The notes: generated from the sequence alone by a model not told the origin. 64,000 nucleotides of DNA from Eledone cirrhosa (GCA_964016885.1 OZ024741.1:203236001-203300000); one strand, 5' to 3'; shown: positions 46,061-59,375, numbered from the stretch's first letter. A program made the numbers and translations.

Positions 46061-47749
46061 AATATAAGTGGTCTTAAAATTTCAGAGACACTTGCACCTA
46101 TAACGTAGTTCTTAGGGAGATTCAGTGGGCTGGAGCATTATGAAATAAAGTGTTTTGCTCAAGAACACAACGTAGCGCCGGGTTTCGGACTCACGGCCTT
46201 ACGATCGTGAACCGAATACCCTAACCAGGACGCGTCTTCACACAACCTGCGGTAGAATCACTCAAATATATGACATGTATTCATGAAGAATTGCGCTTGA
46301 ATTATAGATGCAGGTATAGCTGTTTGGCAAGTAGTTTGCTTGGTGCCTATTTACGTGTGTAACTGTGTTTATATTCTTTCCCCCGTAGCTAAGTGGTTCG
46401 ACGAAAATGAGACCGATAAGATAAGCAAGGGACGTGAAAACATTAGTACTGAAGTTGATTTGATCGACTAAATCAATGATTGAAACTAATGAAAGAGTAA
46501 AAGAGATTGGGGAGACAATTGTTAGTCCCTGTAGGGTATTTCAATAGTTCTGCTTCTCTGACATTCATAAGCTCAGAGAGAGTCATGTAACTGAACTTTT
46601 ATAATATTAAGATGCCAAAAATAAAGGAGAGTAGAAAGAAAAGGAAAGAAAAAAGTGCGAAGAGAAACGGAAGGGAGCAAAATGTATACCCATGGCATGG
46701 CGGTACCTCTCAGCTGCGTCTTGTGGAGGAAAAGGTGGCAAAAACACTGTTGGAGAGAACAGTAGCCAGCGATACCCACTGCATCAGCCATTCCTACTCG
46801 TGGAGTTCCTTTCTCATGCTTGATACTCTCCTCCCGGCGCGGCGGAGGAAGTGTAAATAAATCAGAACCCATCCCAGCGAAAGGAAGTCTACCTCGTTTT
46901 TTTTTTACGTTTTGAGATATGTAACACTTCAAGTATTTATATGCTCAAGAATAATTCTTTAAGAATGAGTGTTATACTTTTAATGACTCGTTTATCTTTG
47001 ACCACTCCTAGAATGAAAGTGTTATATATATTTATAGAAATTTTAATTGCACCTCCTACGGTTACGACGATGACTTGTTTGACAAACGGAACAACCTGTT
47101 CGTGAACTTAGTATGCAAGTGGCTGAGCATTCCATAAACACGTGTACCTTTAATGTACTTCTCAGGGAGATTCAACATGCTACATTATACAACAAATCTG
47201 GCCTTTGAATTGAAATGCAGGTACATCTTTCACAGCTGATTGCGGGGAAGCAACGTTAAATAAAGTGTCTTGCTGAAGGAAACCACACACCGCCGGGAAT
47301 CGAACTCACAAACTTACGACCATAAACCGAACGACCTAGCCAGTAAGCCATGTGTTTCTTTGTCTTCGGGATCTCAGAAGAATGAAAGGCAAATCTGACC
47401 TCCGTGGGATTCGAATTCAAAACGCAACTAAATACTTTAAAGCGTGTCCGACGTCCTAACGACTCGGCCAATCCGCCAGCTTCGAGTAAACATGATGTTT
47501 CCCCTTTCTCTCTCTCACATACTCATGTATGTATGCGTGTGTGTGAATATATATATATATATACTGTATATATAATAATATTATTTATACTTATATATAT
47601 ACTATATATAATTATAAACAGGAAAGGTCAGTAATTCTTTACCACCTTATTACCAGTAACATCAGATGTTTTACAGAGCCGGAATATAAATTACAGAATA
47701 ATCAAAACTATGTTCAAAACATGTTTTGAACATAGTTTTGAACATAATT

Positions 47750-47867
<118 letters not shown>

Positions 47868-48453
47868 TCTGTGTGTCTGTGTGTGTGTGTGTGTGTCTGT
47901 GTGTGTCTGTGTGTGTCTGTGTGTGTCTGTGTGTGTCTGTGTGTGTGTGTGTCTCTGTGTGTCTCTGTGTGTCTGTGTGTGTGTAAATCTTGTATGTTCA
48001 ATTCCATAGTGTGACATGTTGGGCAAGTGTCACTCAACATAGCTTCGTGTCAACCCATACTTTATGAGTGAACTCATTAGTTTTACTACCAGGTCGTTCC
48101 GTTGATCGAACAAGTAGAACACACGTCGTCCAGGGGGTTATGTGGTCTGTTATTATTAGACTTTGGCAGTATCGGTAGAGGGTCGGACGCCATGCTTTGC
48201 AACAGAGTTACGTCCCTTTACGAACTGAGTTCAAATCCCGCCGGGGTTAACTTTGCCTTTCATCCTTACGGGGTCGATAAAATAAAGTACCAGTAATACA
48301 CTGGGTAATTGCTGGCCTTGTGCCTAAAGTAGAAACAATTATTAGACTATTTTCTGTAGTCAATAAATACGGCGAATTTACTAATTTAATTCAATTTTTA
48401 ATTTCCATCGCCGGATTCTAAACATGTGATGTTTACATATTTCTCTCTCCCTC

Positions 48454-48503
<50 letters not shown>

Positions 48504-48747
48504 TCTCTCTTTCTCTCTTTCTTTCTCTTTCTTACTCTCTCTTTCCTCTATATCTATATTTATATAAAAGGTAAACAGAAATAACAAAAATAAAATAAGG
48601 GGCACAGTACATGGAAGGAATATATTAGTTTAACGCTTGAAAAAGCAGGAAGATGGTCATAACATCTCGGACTCTGGTCCTTCATCAGAAGAAAGAATGA
48701 GAAATTAAAGAAGAAATAGAAAGATTGAAGAGACGAGCAGGGAGAAA

Positions 48748-48786
<39 letters not shown>

Positions 48787-48819
48787 TGAAAAATGGCGAG
48801 GTGTGTTGTTGCAAATAGG

Positions 48820-48861
<42 letters not shown>

Positions 48862-48867
<6 letters not shown>

Positions 48868-49618
48868 TTTTATTCCAATAACTTATTTTAGTTATTGTTC
48901 GCTCTAGGCTGAGGTATCTTGTCTCTAAAGCGAAGAAATACCTATGATTCCTAGCAGACAACTGACGATGGATATTCCTCTCCTTCGCCCGTAACTTTTA
49001 TTTTCCATTATACTTAATTGCAACCACACAGCTCACCATTTTATTCATATAAGCTTCCTTCTTCGCTGTGACCCGTCTCTTTTCTCTCCCCTTGTTACTA
49101 TCCTCTCTCTCCCCTTTCTCTCCCCCTTCTCCCTCTTACTTTCGCTCACCCCCTCTGCTAGCCACCTTCTCTCGGCTAGCCTGCCACTATAACTATCGCT
49201 TTCTTGCTTCCTCTTACTTTCACTCACTTCCTCTCTGCTAGTCATCCTCTCTCCGCTAGCTCACTGTACGCAGTCTCTTCTCTCGCTAACACTGCTACAG
49301 CTAAGACGTGTCTTTTTCTCTCGTCAAAATTCGCCAGTTTTTACGTTCGAAATGAGTTGTTGACTTGATATTTTCCCTATTTTCCTCTCTTTACGTTGCT
49401 TCACCCTTCGTATCTGTTTACATGTTTTTACTCTCTCTCTCCCTTTTTTTAATCCCAATAACTTATTTTAGTTATTGTTCGCTCTAGGCTGAGGTATCTT
49501 GTCTCTAACGCGAAGAAATACCTATGATTCCTAGCAGACAACTGACGATGGATATTCCTCTCTTTCGCCCGCAACTTTTATTTTTTATATACTTAATTGC
49601 AACCACACAGCTCGCCAT

Positions 49619-49620
<2 letters not shown>
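48862..49620 (+). mobile_element. Non-coding element with ~170-bp terminal direct repeats (offset 580) between (TA)n tracts; each repeat holds a candidate rearranged hammerhead
   Basis: 48875-49040 matches 49455-49618; see findings for the pairing. Confidence 0.7.
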
Positions 49621-49683
<63 letters not shown>

Positions 49684-49688
<5 letters not shown>

Positions 49689-52600
49689 ATAAATGCTCTG
49701 AAATAGCGATATATATATGAATATAGACATAGAATATTCGAAAATATTCTGTATGTTTATAATAAACATTTTGAAGACCTAATCGCTATAGAATAGAATA
49801 CGTCACGTATTACAATTAGATTCTCGATAAAAGCAAGGGAAGTAATCTACGCGTTTCATTCTTGTTAGAATTCATCAGGACTACATATCCAGTGCTTTTA
49901 TCGAGAATGACACAGCTAGAGACTTATAGAATACTTAGCTGTGTACAGGAACTGGTTTGAAAGAGCGGTTGCCGGTCCGGCAGAAATTAGAAATTGGAAT
50001 AAATGCTCTGAAATAGCGATATATATATGAATATAGACATAGAATATTCGAAAATATTCTGTATGTTTATAATAAACATTTTGAAGACCTAATCGCTATA
50101 GAATAGAATACGTCACGTATTACAATTAGATTCTCGATAAAAGCAAGGGAAGTAATCTACGCGTTTCATTCTTGTTAGAATTCATCAGGACTACATATCC
50201 AGTGCTTTTATCGAGAATGACACAGCTAGAGACTTATAGAATACTTAGCTGTGTACAGGAACTGGTTTGAAAGAGCGGTTGCCGGTCCGGCAGAAATTAG
50301 AAATTGGAATAAATGCTCTGAAATAGCGATATATATATGAATATAGACATAGAATATTCGAAAATATTCTGTATGTTTATAATAAACATTTTGAAGACCT
50401 AATCGCTATAGAATAGAATACGTCACGTATTACAATTAGATTCTCGATAAAAGCAAGGGAAGTAATCTACGCGTTTCATTCTTGTTAGAATTCATCAGGA
50501 CTACATATCCAGTGCTTTTATCGAGAATGACACAGCTAGAGACTTATAGAATACTTAGCTGTGTACAGGAACTGGTTTGAAAGAGCGGTTGCCGGTCCGG
50601 CAGAAATTAGAAATTGGAATAAATGCTCTGAAATAGCGATATATATATGAATATAGACATAGAATATTCGAAAATATTCTGTATGTTTATAATAAACATT
50701 TTGAAGACCTAATCGCTATAGAATAGAATACGTCACGTATTACAATTAGATTCTCGATAAAAGCAAGGGAAGTAATCTACGCGTTTCATTCTTGTTAGAA
50801 TTCATCAGGACTACATATCCAGTGCTTTTATCGAGAATGACACAGCTAGAGACTTATAGAATACTTAGCTGTGTACAGGAACTGGTTTGAAAGAGCGGTT
50901 GCCGGTCCGGCAGAAATTAGAAATTACTTCCCTTGCTTTTATCGAGAATCTAATTGTAATACGTGACGTATTCTATTCTATAGCGATTAGGTCTTCAAAA
51001 TGTTTATTATAAACATACAGAATATTTTCGAATATTCTATGTCTATATTCATATATATATCGCTATTTCAGAGCATTTATTCCAATTTCTAATTTCTGCC
51101 GGACCGGCAACCGCTCTTTCAAACCAGTTCCTGTACACAGCTAAGTATTCTATAAGTCTCTAGCTGTGTCATTCTCGATAAAAGCACTGGATATGTAGTC
51201 CTGATGAATTCTAACAAGAATGAAACGCGTAGATTACTTCCCTTGCTTTTATCGAGAATCTAATTGTAATACGTGACGTATTCTATTCTATAGCGATTAG
51301 GTCTTCAAAATGTTTATTATAAACATACAGAATATTTTCGAATATTCTATGTCTATATTCATATATATATCGCTATTTCAGAGCATTTATTCCAATTTCT
51401 AATTTCTGCCGGACCGGCAACCGCTCTTTCAAACCAGTTCCTGTACACAGCTAAGTATTCTATAAGTCTCTAGCTGTGTCATTCTCGATAAAAGCACTGG
51501 ATATGTAGTCCTGATGAATTCTAACAAGAATGAAACGCGTAGATTACTTCCCTTGCTTTTATCGAGAATCTAATTGTAATACGTGACGTATTCTATTCTA
51601 TAGCGATTAGGTCTTCAAAATGTTTATTATAAACATACAGAATATTTTCGAATATTCTATGTCTATATTCATATATATATCGCTATTTCAGAGCATTTAT
51701 TCCAATTTCTAATTTCTGCCGGACCGGCAACCGCTCTTTCAAACCAGTTCCTGTACACAGCTAAGTATTCTATAAGTCTCTAGCTGTGTCATTCTCGATA
51801 AAAGCACTGGATATGTAGTCCTGATGAATTCTAACAAGAATGAAACGCGTAGATTACTTCCCTTGCTTTTATCGAGAATCTAATTGTAATACGTGACGTA
51901 TTCTATTCTATAGCGATTAGGTCTTCAAAATGTTTATTATAAACATACAGAATATTTTCGAATATTCTATGTCTATATTCATATATATATCGCTATTTCA
52001 GAGCATTTATTCCAATTTCTAATTTCTGCCGGACCGGCAACCGCTCTTTCAAACCAGTTCCTGTACACAGCTAAGTATTCTATAAGTCTCTAGCTGTGTC
52101 ATTCTCGATAAAAGCACTGGATATGTAGTCCTGATGAATTCTAACAAGAATGAAACGCGTAGATTACTTCCCTTGCTTTTATCGAGAATCTAATTGTAAT
52201 ACGTGACGTATTCTATTCTATAGCGATTAGGTCTTCAAAATGTTTATTATAAACATACAGAATATTTTCGAATATTCTATGTCTATATTCATATATATAT
52301 CGCTATTTCAGAGCATTTATTCCAATTTCTAATTTCTGCCGGACCGGCAACCGCTCTTTCAAACCAGTTCCTGTACACAGCTAAGTATTCTATAAGTCTC
52401 TAGCTGTGTCATTCTCGATAAAAGCACTGGATATGTAGTCCTGATGAATTCTAACAAGAATGAAACGCGTAGATTACTTCCCTTGCTTTTATCGAGAATC
52501 TAATTGTAATACGTGACGTATTCTATTCTATAGCGATTAGGTCTTCAAAATGTTTATTATAAACATACAGAATATTTTCGAATATTCTATGTCTATATTC

Positions 52601-54147
52601 ATATATATATCGCTATTTCAGAGCATTTATTCCAATTTCTAATTTCTGCCGGACCGGCAACCGCTCTTTCAAACCAGTTCCTGTACACAGCTAAGTATTC
52701 TATAAGTCTCTAGCTGTGTCATTCTCGATAAAAGCACTGGATATGTAGTCCTGATGAATTCTAACAAGAATGAAACGCGTAGATTACTTCCCTTGCTTTT
52801 ATCGAGAATCTAATTGTAATACGTGACGTATTCTATTCTATAGCGATTAGGTCTTCAAAATGTTTATTATAAACATACAGAATATTTTCGAATATTCTAT
52901 GTCTATATTCATATATATATCGCTATTTCAGAGCATTTATTCCAATTTCTAATTTCTGCCGGACCGGCAACCGCTCTTTCAAACCAGTTCCTGTACACAG
53001 CTAAGTATTCTATAAGTCTCTAGCTGTGTCATTCTCGATAAAAGCACTGGATATGTAGTCCTGATGAATTCTAACAAGAATGAAACGCGTAGATTACTTC
53101 CCTTGCTTTTATCGAGAATCTAATTGTAATACGTGACGTATTCTATTCTATAGCGATTAGGTCTTCAAAATGTTTATTATAAACATACAGAATATTTTCG
53201 AATATTCTATGTCTATATTCATATATATATCGCTATTTCAGAGCATTTATTCCAATTTCTAATTTCTGCCGGACCGGCAACCGCTCTTTCAAACCAGTTC
53301 CTGTACACAGCTAAGTATTCTATAAGTCTCTAGCTGTGTCATTCTCGATAAAAGCACTGGATATGTAGTCCTGATGAATTCTAACAAGAATGAAACGCGT
53401 AGATTACTTCCCTTGCTTTTATCGAGAATCTAATTGTAATACGTGACGTATTCTATTCTATAGCGATTAGGTCTTCAAAATGTTTATTATAAACATACAG
53501 AATATTTTCGAATATTCTATGTCTATATTCATATATATATCGCTATTTCAGAGCATTTATTCCAATTTCTAATTTCTGCCGGACCGGCAACCGCTCTTTC
53601 AAACCAGTTCCTGTACACAGCTAAGTATTCTATAAGTCTCTAGCTGTGTCATTCTCGATAAAAGCACTGGATATGTAGTCCTGATGAATTCTAACAAGAA
53701 TGAAACGCGTAGATTACTTCCCTTGCTTTTATCGAGAATCTAATTGTAATACGTGACGTATTCTATTCTATAGCGATTAGGTCTTCAAAATGTTTATTAT
53801 AAACATACAGAATATTTTCGAATATTCTATGTCTATATTCATATATATATCGCTATTTCAGAGCATTTATTCCAATTTCTAATTTCTGCCGGACCGGCAA
53901 CCGCTCTTTCAAACCAGTTCCTGTACACAGCTAAGTATTCTATAAGTCTCTAGCTGTGTCATTCTCGATAAAAGCACTGGATATGTAGTCCTGATGAATT
54001 CTAACAAGAATGAAACGCGTAGATTACTTCCCTTGCTTTTATCGAGAATCTAATTGTAATACGTGACGTATTCTATTCTATAGCGATTAGGTCTTCAAAA
54101 TGTTTATTATAAACATACAGAATATTTTCGAATATTCTATGTCTATA

Positions 54148-54148
<1 letters not shown>
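49684..54148. mobile_element. Retrozyme-like array of 310-bp units with one hammerhead per unit: 4 units minus-sense (49684-50925) and ~10.4 units plus-sense (50923-54148)
   Basis: Period exactly 310; CTGATGA at 51201+310n (n=0-9) and TCATCAG at 49872+310n (n=0-3); no ORF; (TA)n on both flanks. Confidence 0.9.
51195..51237 (+). ncRNA. Minimal type I hammerhead ribozyme (representative copy of the array)
   Basis: gtagtc-CTGATGA-attct(aaca)agaat-GAAA-cgcg-TA^gattac; palindromic ACGCGT stem III; predicted cleavage after 51231. Confidence 0.92.
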
Positions 54149-54191
<43 letters not shown>

Positions 54192-54495
54192 GCAATTATC
54201 AACATCATAATTTAAAATGTTAGCAGTTGCAAACAATCACTTACATTCTCCAAACCTCAAGCTCATTTCAATAGCGTAAGATTAGCTCTGAAACCACCTC
54301 AGCCTTGATGTAGAAAAAGACGAATACGACCAGAAATAAATTAGTAGTCAATCCGGACGTTTACGTTTCGAACTAGGACCGGCTTCATCTGAATTTGAAT
54401 AATTATATATATTTGTATGCATACATATAATGGACGACATCTCGTCTCCGAGAAAAAAACAAAAAACAGACGTTGGCAAAAACGTGTTATTGATG

Positions 54496-55515
54496 TCACT
54501 GTCGTAGATGGTGTTTTAGATGGTCCATCGAATCAGCAAGGGACTTTAATGTCATCCCATACAGTGTGCAGGTAAGTTCCCCGCCTGCTTGAGTTTGATT
54601 GGTTTGGTATGCTTTGTGGTGTCGTGTTAGCCCATCTGCAAAGTAACACACTTTGGTACAGATGTCACATGCAGGATCAAGGTGTATGGAATATTCAAAG
54701 GTGTTATTTCCATGAGTATGATGTCTGCTATTGCTTAGTAGTCCACCCTTTGACATACATGTTCGCATTTATCACAGGTAAGAGCCCTTTTCGAACCCCG
54801 TTCTGGGAGCAGACTAACACTCCCATCATCATATCTTTAGCTGCTCGCTTCACCTTAGCATAGGCTCTCATCTTCTTGTCAAATTCCTTAATACCGGCAG
54901 CAATCAGATTTCGGCACTGGGCTCTCTCTGTTGCAAGATTTCCCTATGTTCTGGCGTTGATGTTGACCTTCTTTAAGGTATCTTTCTGGTAGTCTTTAAA
55001 GCTCTTGTGTGACTTGCACTGCAGACGTTTACCTTACAACAGCTGTCCATACAATCCTTGTTTTGGGAGTCTGCTGTTCTCTAGTCGTACCATGTGATAT
55101 GACCACTGGAAATACTGTCTCATGCTTGGCAGACAGGCTTGCTGCAGTACATCAATATCTGGTGTATGAGACTTCCATGAGATCTTGAAAATGAAGTATA
55201 AGCATTGTTGGTGGAAATGTTTGAGGTGCTAGATATGTTGTCCATGTCTTACATCCATAGAGTAAGGCTGTAAGCACACATACTTGATACTCTTTAACAT
55301 TCATGCGCACAGTGATATCTGTCTGTGACCAGAGGCGCTTCTCCAGCTTACCAAAAGCTTCGGAAGCTTTACACACATGGTAGCTTACCTGTCCATCAAG
55401 GGTGCTGTTTCTGGAGAGAGTACAACTCAGGTAGACGTAGTTATCCGCAATCTTCATTATTTTCCCTTTGACAGATATTGATGGTGAAATATACGGCTTT
55501 CCAGGTGGATGGTGG
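54496..55515 (-). pseudogene. 3' part of an RTE-clade LINE (RT C-terminus plus degenerate C2H2 fingers), frameshifted
   Basis: YVYLSCTLSRNSTLDGQV...KASEAFGKLEKRLW...VLTALLYGCKTWT; CDICTKVC...LTRHHK. Confidence 0.85.
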
Positions 55516-55557
55516 TTTACACACACACACAAACATACACATACTCACATATACACA

Positions 55558-55695
<138 letters not shown>

Positions 55696-55868
55696 ATGTC
55701 AAGTGTCAAGAGTTTCTGTAGACTGGATAAAGAAAAAGAGTGCGTTAGGTAAAGTACAGAGCTTAAGTAATTTGTTATAAATAAATTCTCAACACAGTGA
55801 CATGCGACCTAAGGTTTCAAGACCTACGCTCGTATAGGTCTTAAAAACTGTATATCTGTGTGTGTGTA

Positions 55869-55901
<33 letters not shown>

Positions 55902-55904
<3 letters not shown>

Positions 55905-56799
55905 GAGGTTGTATTTAATTTGTTGGGATTCAACAAGCTTAAACATTTTTATAACTGATATAAAGCACTCAACAAGCCGTAAAGGAAGTTATAAGTGATT
56001 TATAACTTCCTTTACGCTCCTTTACTGTTATTATAATACAACTAAGTGGTTATTCTTTTGTAAACTCCAGAAAATTTTCCATAAATTTAGAATTATTTGG
56101 ATATTTTAAATTTTTGACTTACAAATTTTAATAAAATAAACTATAATATATAATATATATATTTTTTTATATTTTATAATCCTTAACATACACATTTAAA
56201 CTAATTATTAAATTATTAATTAAACCTTTAATCAAATTTTTTCAACCTATCATTATAAATATTATAATCAAAACATAACGAATCCTGCTTTATTATACCT
56301 CCACGCTATCCCCATTTCTTCGTTTCTTCTTCTTTCCTCTCACGTAAACATACTTACGCTATATTTGTCCTTTGTAACTAATATTTTCTCTCACTTAAAA
56401 ATATAATCACGCTCTCCTCTCTTCACACTATTTTCAGTCAAAAATATATATAATCATTCCTTCTTTTTTCTCTTTCTTTCTTTTTTTCTCTCTCCCTCAC
56501 AATATCACCTTCCAACAGTTTAATTTAAATAAACCGTTATCTTTTCAACCTTTCGGACACTCATTTGCATACTCAATCATAACTTTCTATCACCCTCAAT
56601 AAATGTAATATCTCCACTATCCAGGAAGCTCCAACCGTTAAGGTTGTCTTTTTTCAGGGTATGTCAATATTTATTTATAAAACTAATCTGTATTGTATTT
56701 TATCGGATGAAAGCGCACCATAATTTGCCTTGGTGGTCCTTGAAATATGTATAATAAAATAAATATGGTTTTATAAATATAGTTTCCATTTGTTAATAT

Positions 56800-56803
<4 letters not shown>
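55902..56803. mobile_element. PLE 3'UTR/pLTR remnant with inverted tip; hammerhead core mutated (CGGATGA at ~56704)
   Basis: 56640-56803 is homologous to the 6340-6706 element; 55902-55975 is homologous to 6340-6410. Confidence 0.65.
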
Positions 56804-56867
<64 letters not shown>

Positions 56868-56873
56868 TATATG

Positions 56874-56910
<37 letters not shown>

Positions 56911-57119
56911 AAGGAATTGTGGTAAGGAACCAGATGGACCATAACGCACCAGAGTACTCAATACTTAGGGTAGTAGAGTGGAAAATAGGAAAAAGTATGA
57001 TCCCGACGGCAGAGCTCAAGCCGTTTCGACGGCTATTTCTGGACTAAATTAGAATTTTTAGCCTGGTGAATAAATAGCCGAACTTGTCAAGGGGGTACTT
57101 CCTTATATGGGAAGATTGT

Positions 57120-57993
57120 AGGAAACCAAACGACAACCTGCACTACATCCACTGCCGCTCTAACCATCCTAGAAACATCACCAATAACCTGGTTAAAAAC
57201 ATCCCCCTCCGCATATCTCATTTGTCCGCTAATGAGCAGATATTCGACGAACATGCGCTTCATTACAACCAGGCCCTCAAGCGGAGTGGCTTCCGGGAGG
57301 AAATATCCTTTTATCCAGCTTCCCTTAGCGGAACCAGCAGGCGACACCGCTGCTCACGCAACGTAACGTGGTTCAATCCTCCCCATAATGCCGAGGTGGC
57401 AACACCTATCGGGAAAATCTTCTTTAGGCTCCTCGAAAAAGACTTCCCACTACAACACCGCTACCACAACATAATCAACAAAAACACCATCAAACTCTCC
57501 TACAGCAGCACACCTAACTTCGCACAAAACATCGTCTCCTCAAACAACAAAAAACTCAACCCCTATGGAAGAAACAACCTAGACATCAGTGGAGAGCCGA
57601 TAGATCTACGTGCCCCCTCAACAACAAATGCCGAGAACGTAACGTGATCTACCAGTGCAACATGTTGAGGACGGACACCTCCAACAAAGCTTATATAGGA
57701 TTAACTGCGTGTGACTTCAAGACCCGGCTCTACCAACACCGACATACCTTCCGAAACCGGTCCGGCGACATGCCACTACACTTTCGGGCCACGTCTGGGA
57801 CCTCCAAGATAATAATATAACCTACAATCTCACTTGGAGCTTACTGTCCAGAGCTAACTCTTACACGGGAGGACGCCGTCCGTGTAACTTATGCTCGGAG
57901 GAAACATTACAAATGGTGTTTTCGAAGAACCAACCCCTAAACAAGAAAGACGAACTGGTAACCGCATGCAAACATAGATTGCGTAGGACTTAA
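57120..57993 (+). pseudogene. Naiad-type PLE RT thumb plus GIY-YIG endonuclease, frameshifted
   Basis: RKPNDNLHYIHCRSNHP...RNVTWFNPP...IKLSYS; shifted frames give NVIYQC...AYIGLT.CDFKTRLYQH and TTLSGHVWDL...CNLCSEE...LNKKDELVTACKHR*. Confidence 0.9.
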
Positions 57994-58697
57994 CTCGCCC
58001 TCAAACCCCATAACGACACGAGTGGGTAGACAAGGGCTGATACTCCCCTCCCCATTTGCCGAATAAGTTAGGGGAAACCCCAGCTTACATAGGTACATGC
58101 ATCTCTTTTCTTTTCCTCTATGTTTTCTTCTTCCCCCTGTTTATCCCCCCCCCCCCTATTTTCTTCCTCGTCTGCTTTTCCCCTTTCGCCTACCCCGATA
58201 CAGCCCATCGGGCCTCTGTAGCATCAGTTTCCCACCCCTGTAATTTTAAGATAGAATGGCCGAATACGTTTTACTAACTACTTATAGCAGATGTGTTAGA
58301 CCCCTTTAATTTTGTATCAGTTTTGTTCCTACTCCATTTCTACAATTTTTTCTATTCTCAACTTATTAACCTGTAATTGTAAGAGACCATTGTGATTTTT
58401 TTTATTCATTTCTCACTATCTAATTTTATATATTTTTTTTATTTATTTCTATTATCTTTTATTGTCTCCTACTCTCATTCCAATTACCTATTCTATAACT
58501 TCCCTCCTCCACTTCATACACTATCCTTAGAATCTGCTGTATACATATCACTTTCAACGCTTGACCGGCTCCACTCACTTCCCTATTATTCTACAGGCAA
58601 GTTCAGCCACCCCTACCTCCCATGAGAGACTTATTTGTGTTTACAACAAATTTTAACCAATCGTCTTGACAACTACAATCTTCCCATATAAGGAAGT

Positions 58698-58795
58698 ACC
58701 CCCTTGACAAGTTCGGCTAATTTATTCACTAGGCTAAAAATTCTAATTTAGTCCAGAAATAGCCGTCGAAATGGCTTGAGCTCTGCCGTCGGGGT
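58698..58795 (+). ncRNA. Variant type I hammerhead (core UUGACAA, long stem II); inverted copy at ~57002-57098
   Basis: cccc-TTGACAA-gttcggcta...tagccgtc-GAAA-(c/t)ggc...gccGTC^gggg. Confidence 0.75.
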
Positions 58796-58932
58796 CATAC
58801 TTTTTCCTATATATATATATATACATATATATTATATATGTATGTACATATATGTATATATATACATGTATATATATATATATATATACACGCATATATA
58901 ATATATATATAATACATACACACACATATATA

Positions 58933-58968
<36 letters not shown>

Positions 58969-59238
58969 ACGAAGGAGACGTGGTAAGGAACCAGATGGAC
59001 CATAACGCACCAGAGTACTCAATACTTAGGGTAGTAGAGTGGGTAATAGGAAAATGTTTAACCCCGATGGCAGAGCTCAAGCCGTTTCGACGGCTATTTC
59101 TGGACGCAGAAATAGCCGTCGAAACGGCTTGAACTCTGCCGCAGGGTTAAACATTTTCCTATTACCCACTCTACTACCCTAAGTATTGAGTACTCTGGTG
59201 CGTTATGGTCCATCTGGTTCCTTACCACGTCTCCTTCG

Positions 59239-59375
<137 letters not shown>

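Larger units (their letters stand above)
56908..58810 (+). mobile_element. 5'-truncated Naiad-type PLE with inverted pLTR at the 5' end
   Basis: ~56988-57121 is the reverse complement of ~58673-58810; coding remnant lies between; (TA)n flanks. Confidence 0.88.

Noticed and set aside
49684-54148. CRISPR-like or protein-coding tandem array
   Set aside because: Units are identical with no unique spacers, there is no ORF, and the context is eukaryotic.
54496-54768. Host C2H2 zinc-finger gene
   Set aside because: The fingers are degenerate and contiguous with an RTE LINE 3' remnant.
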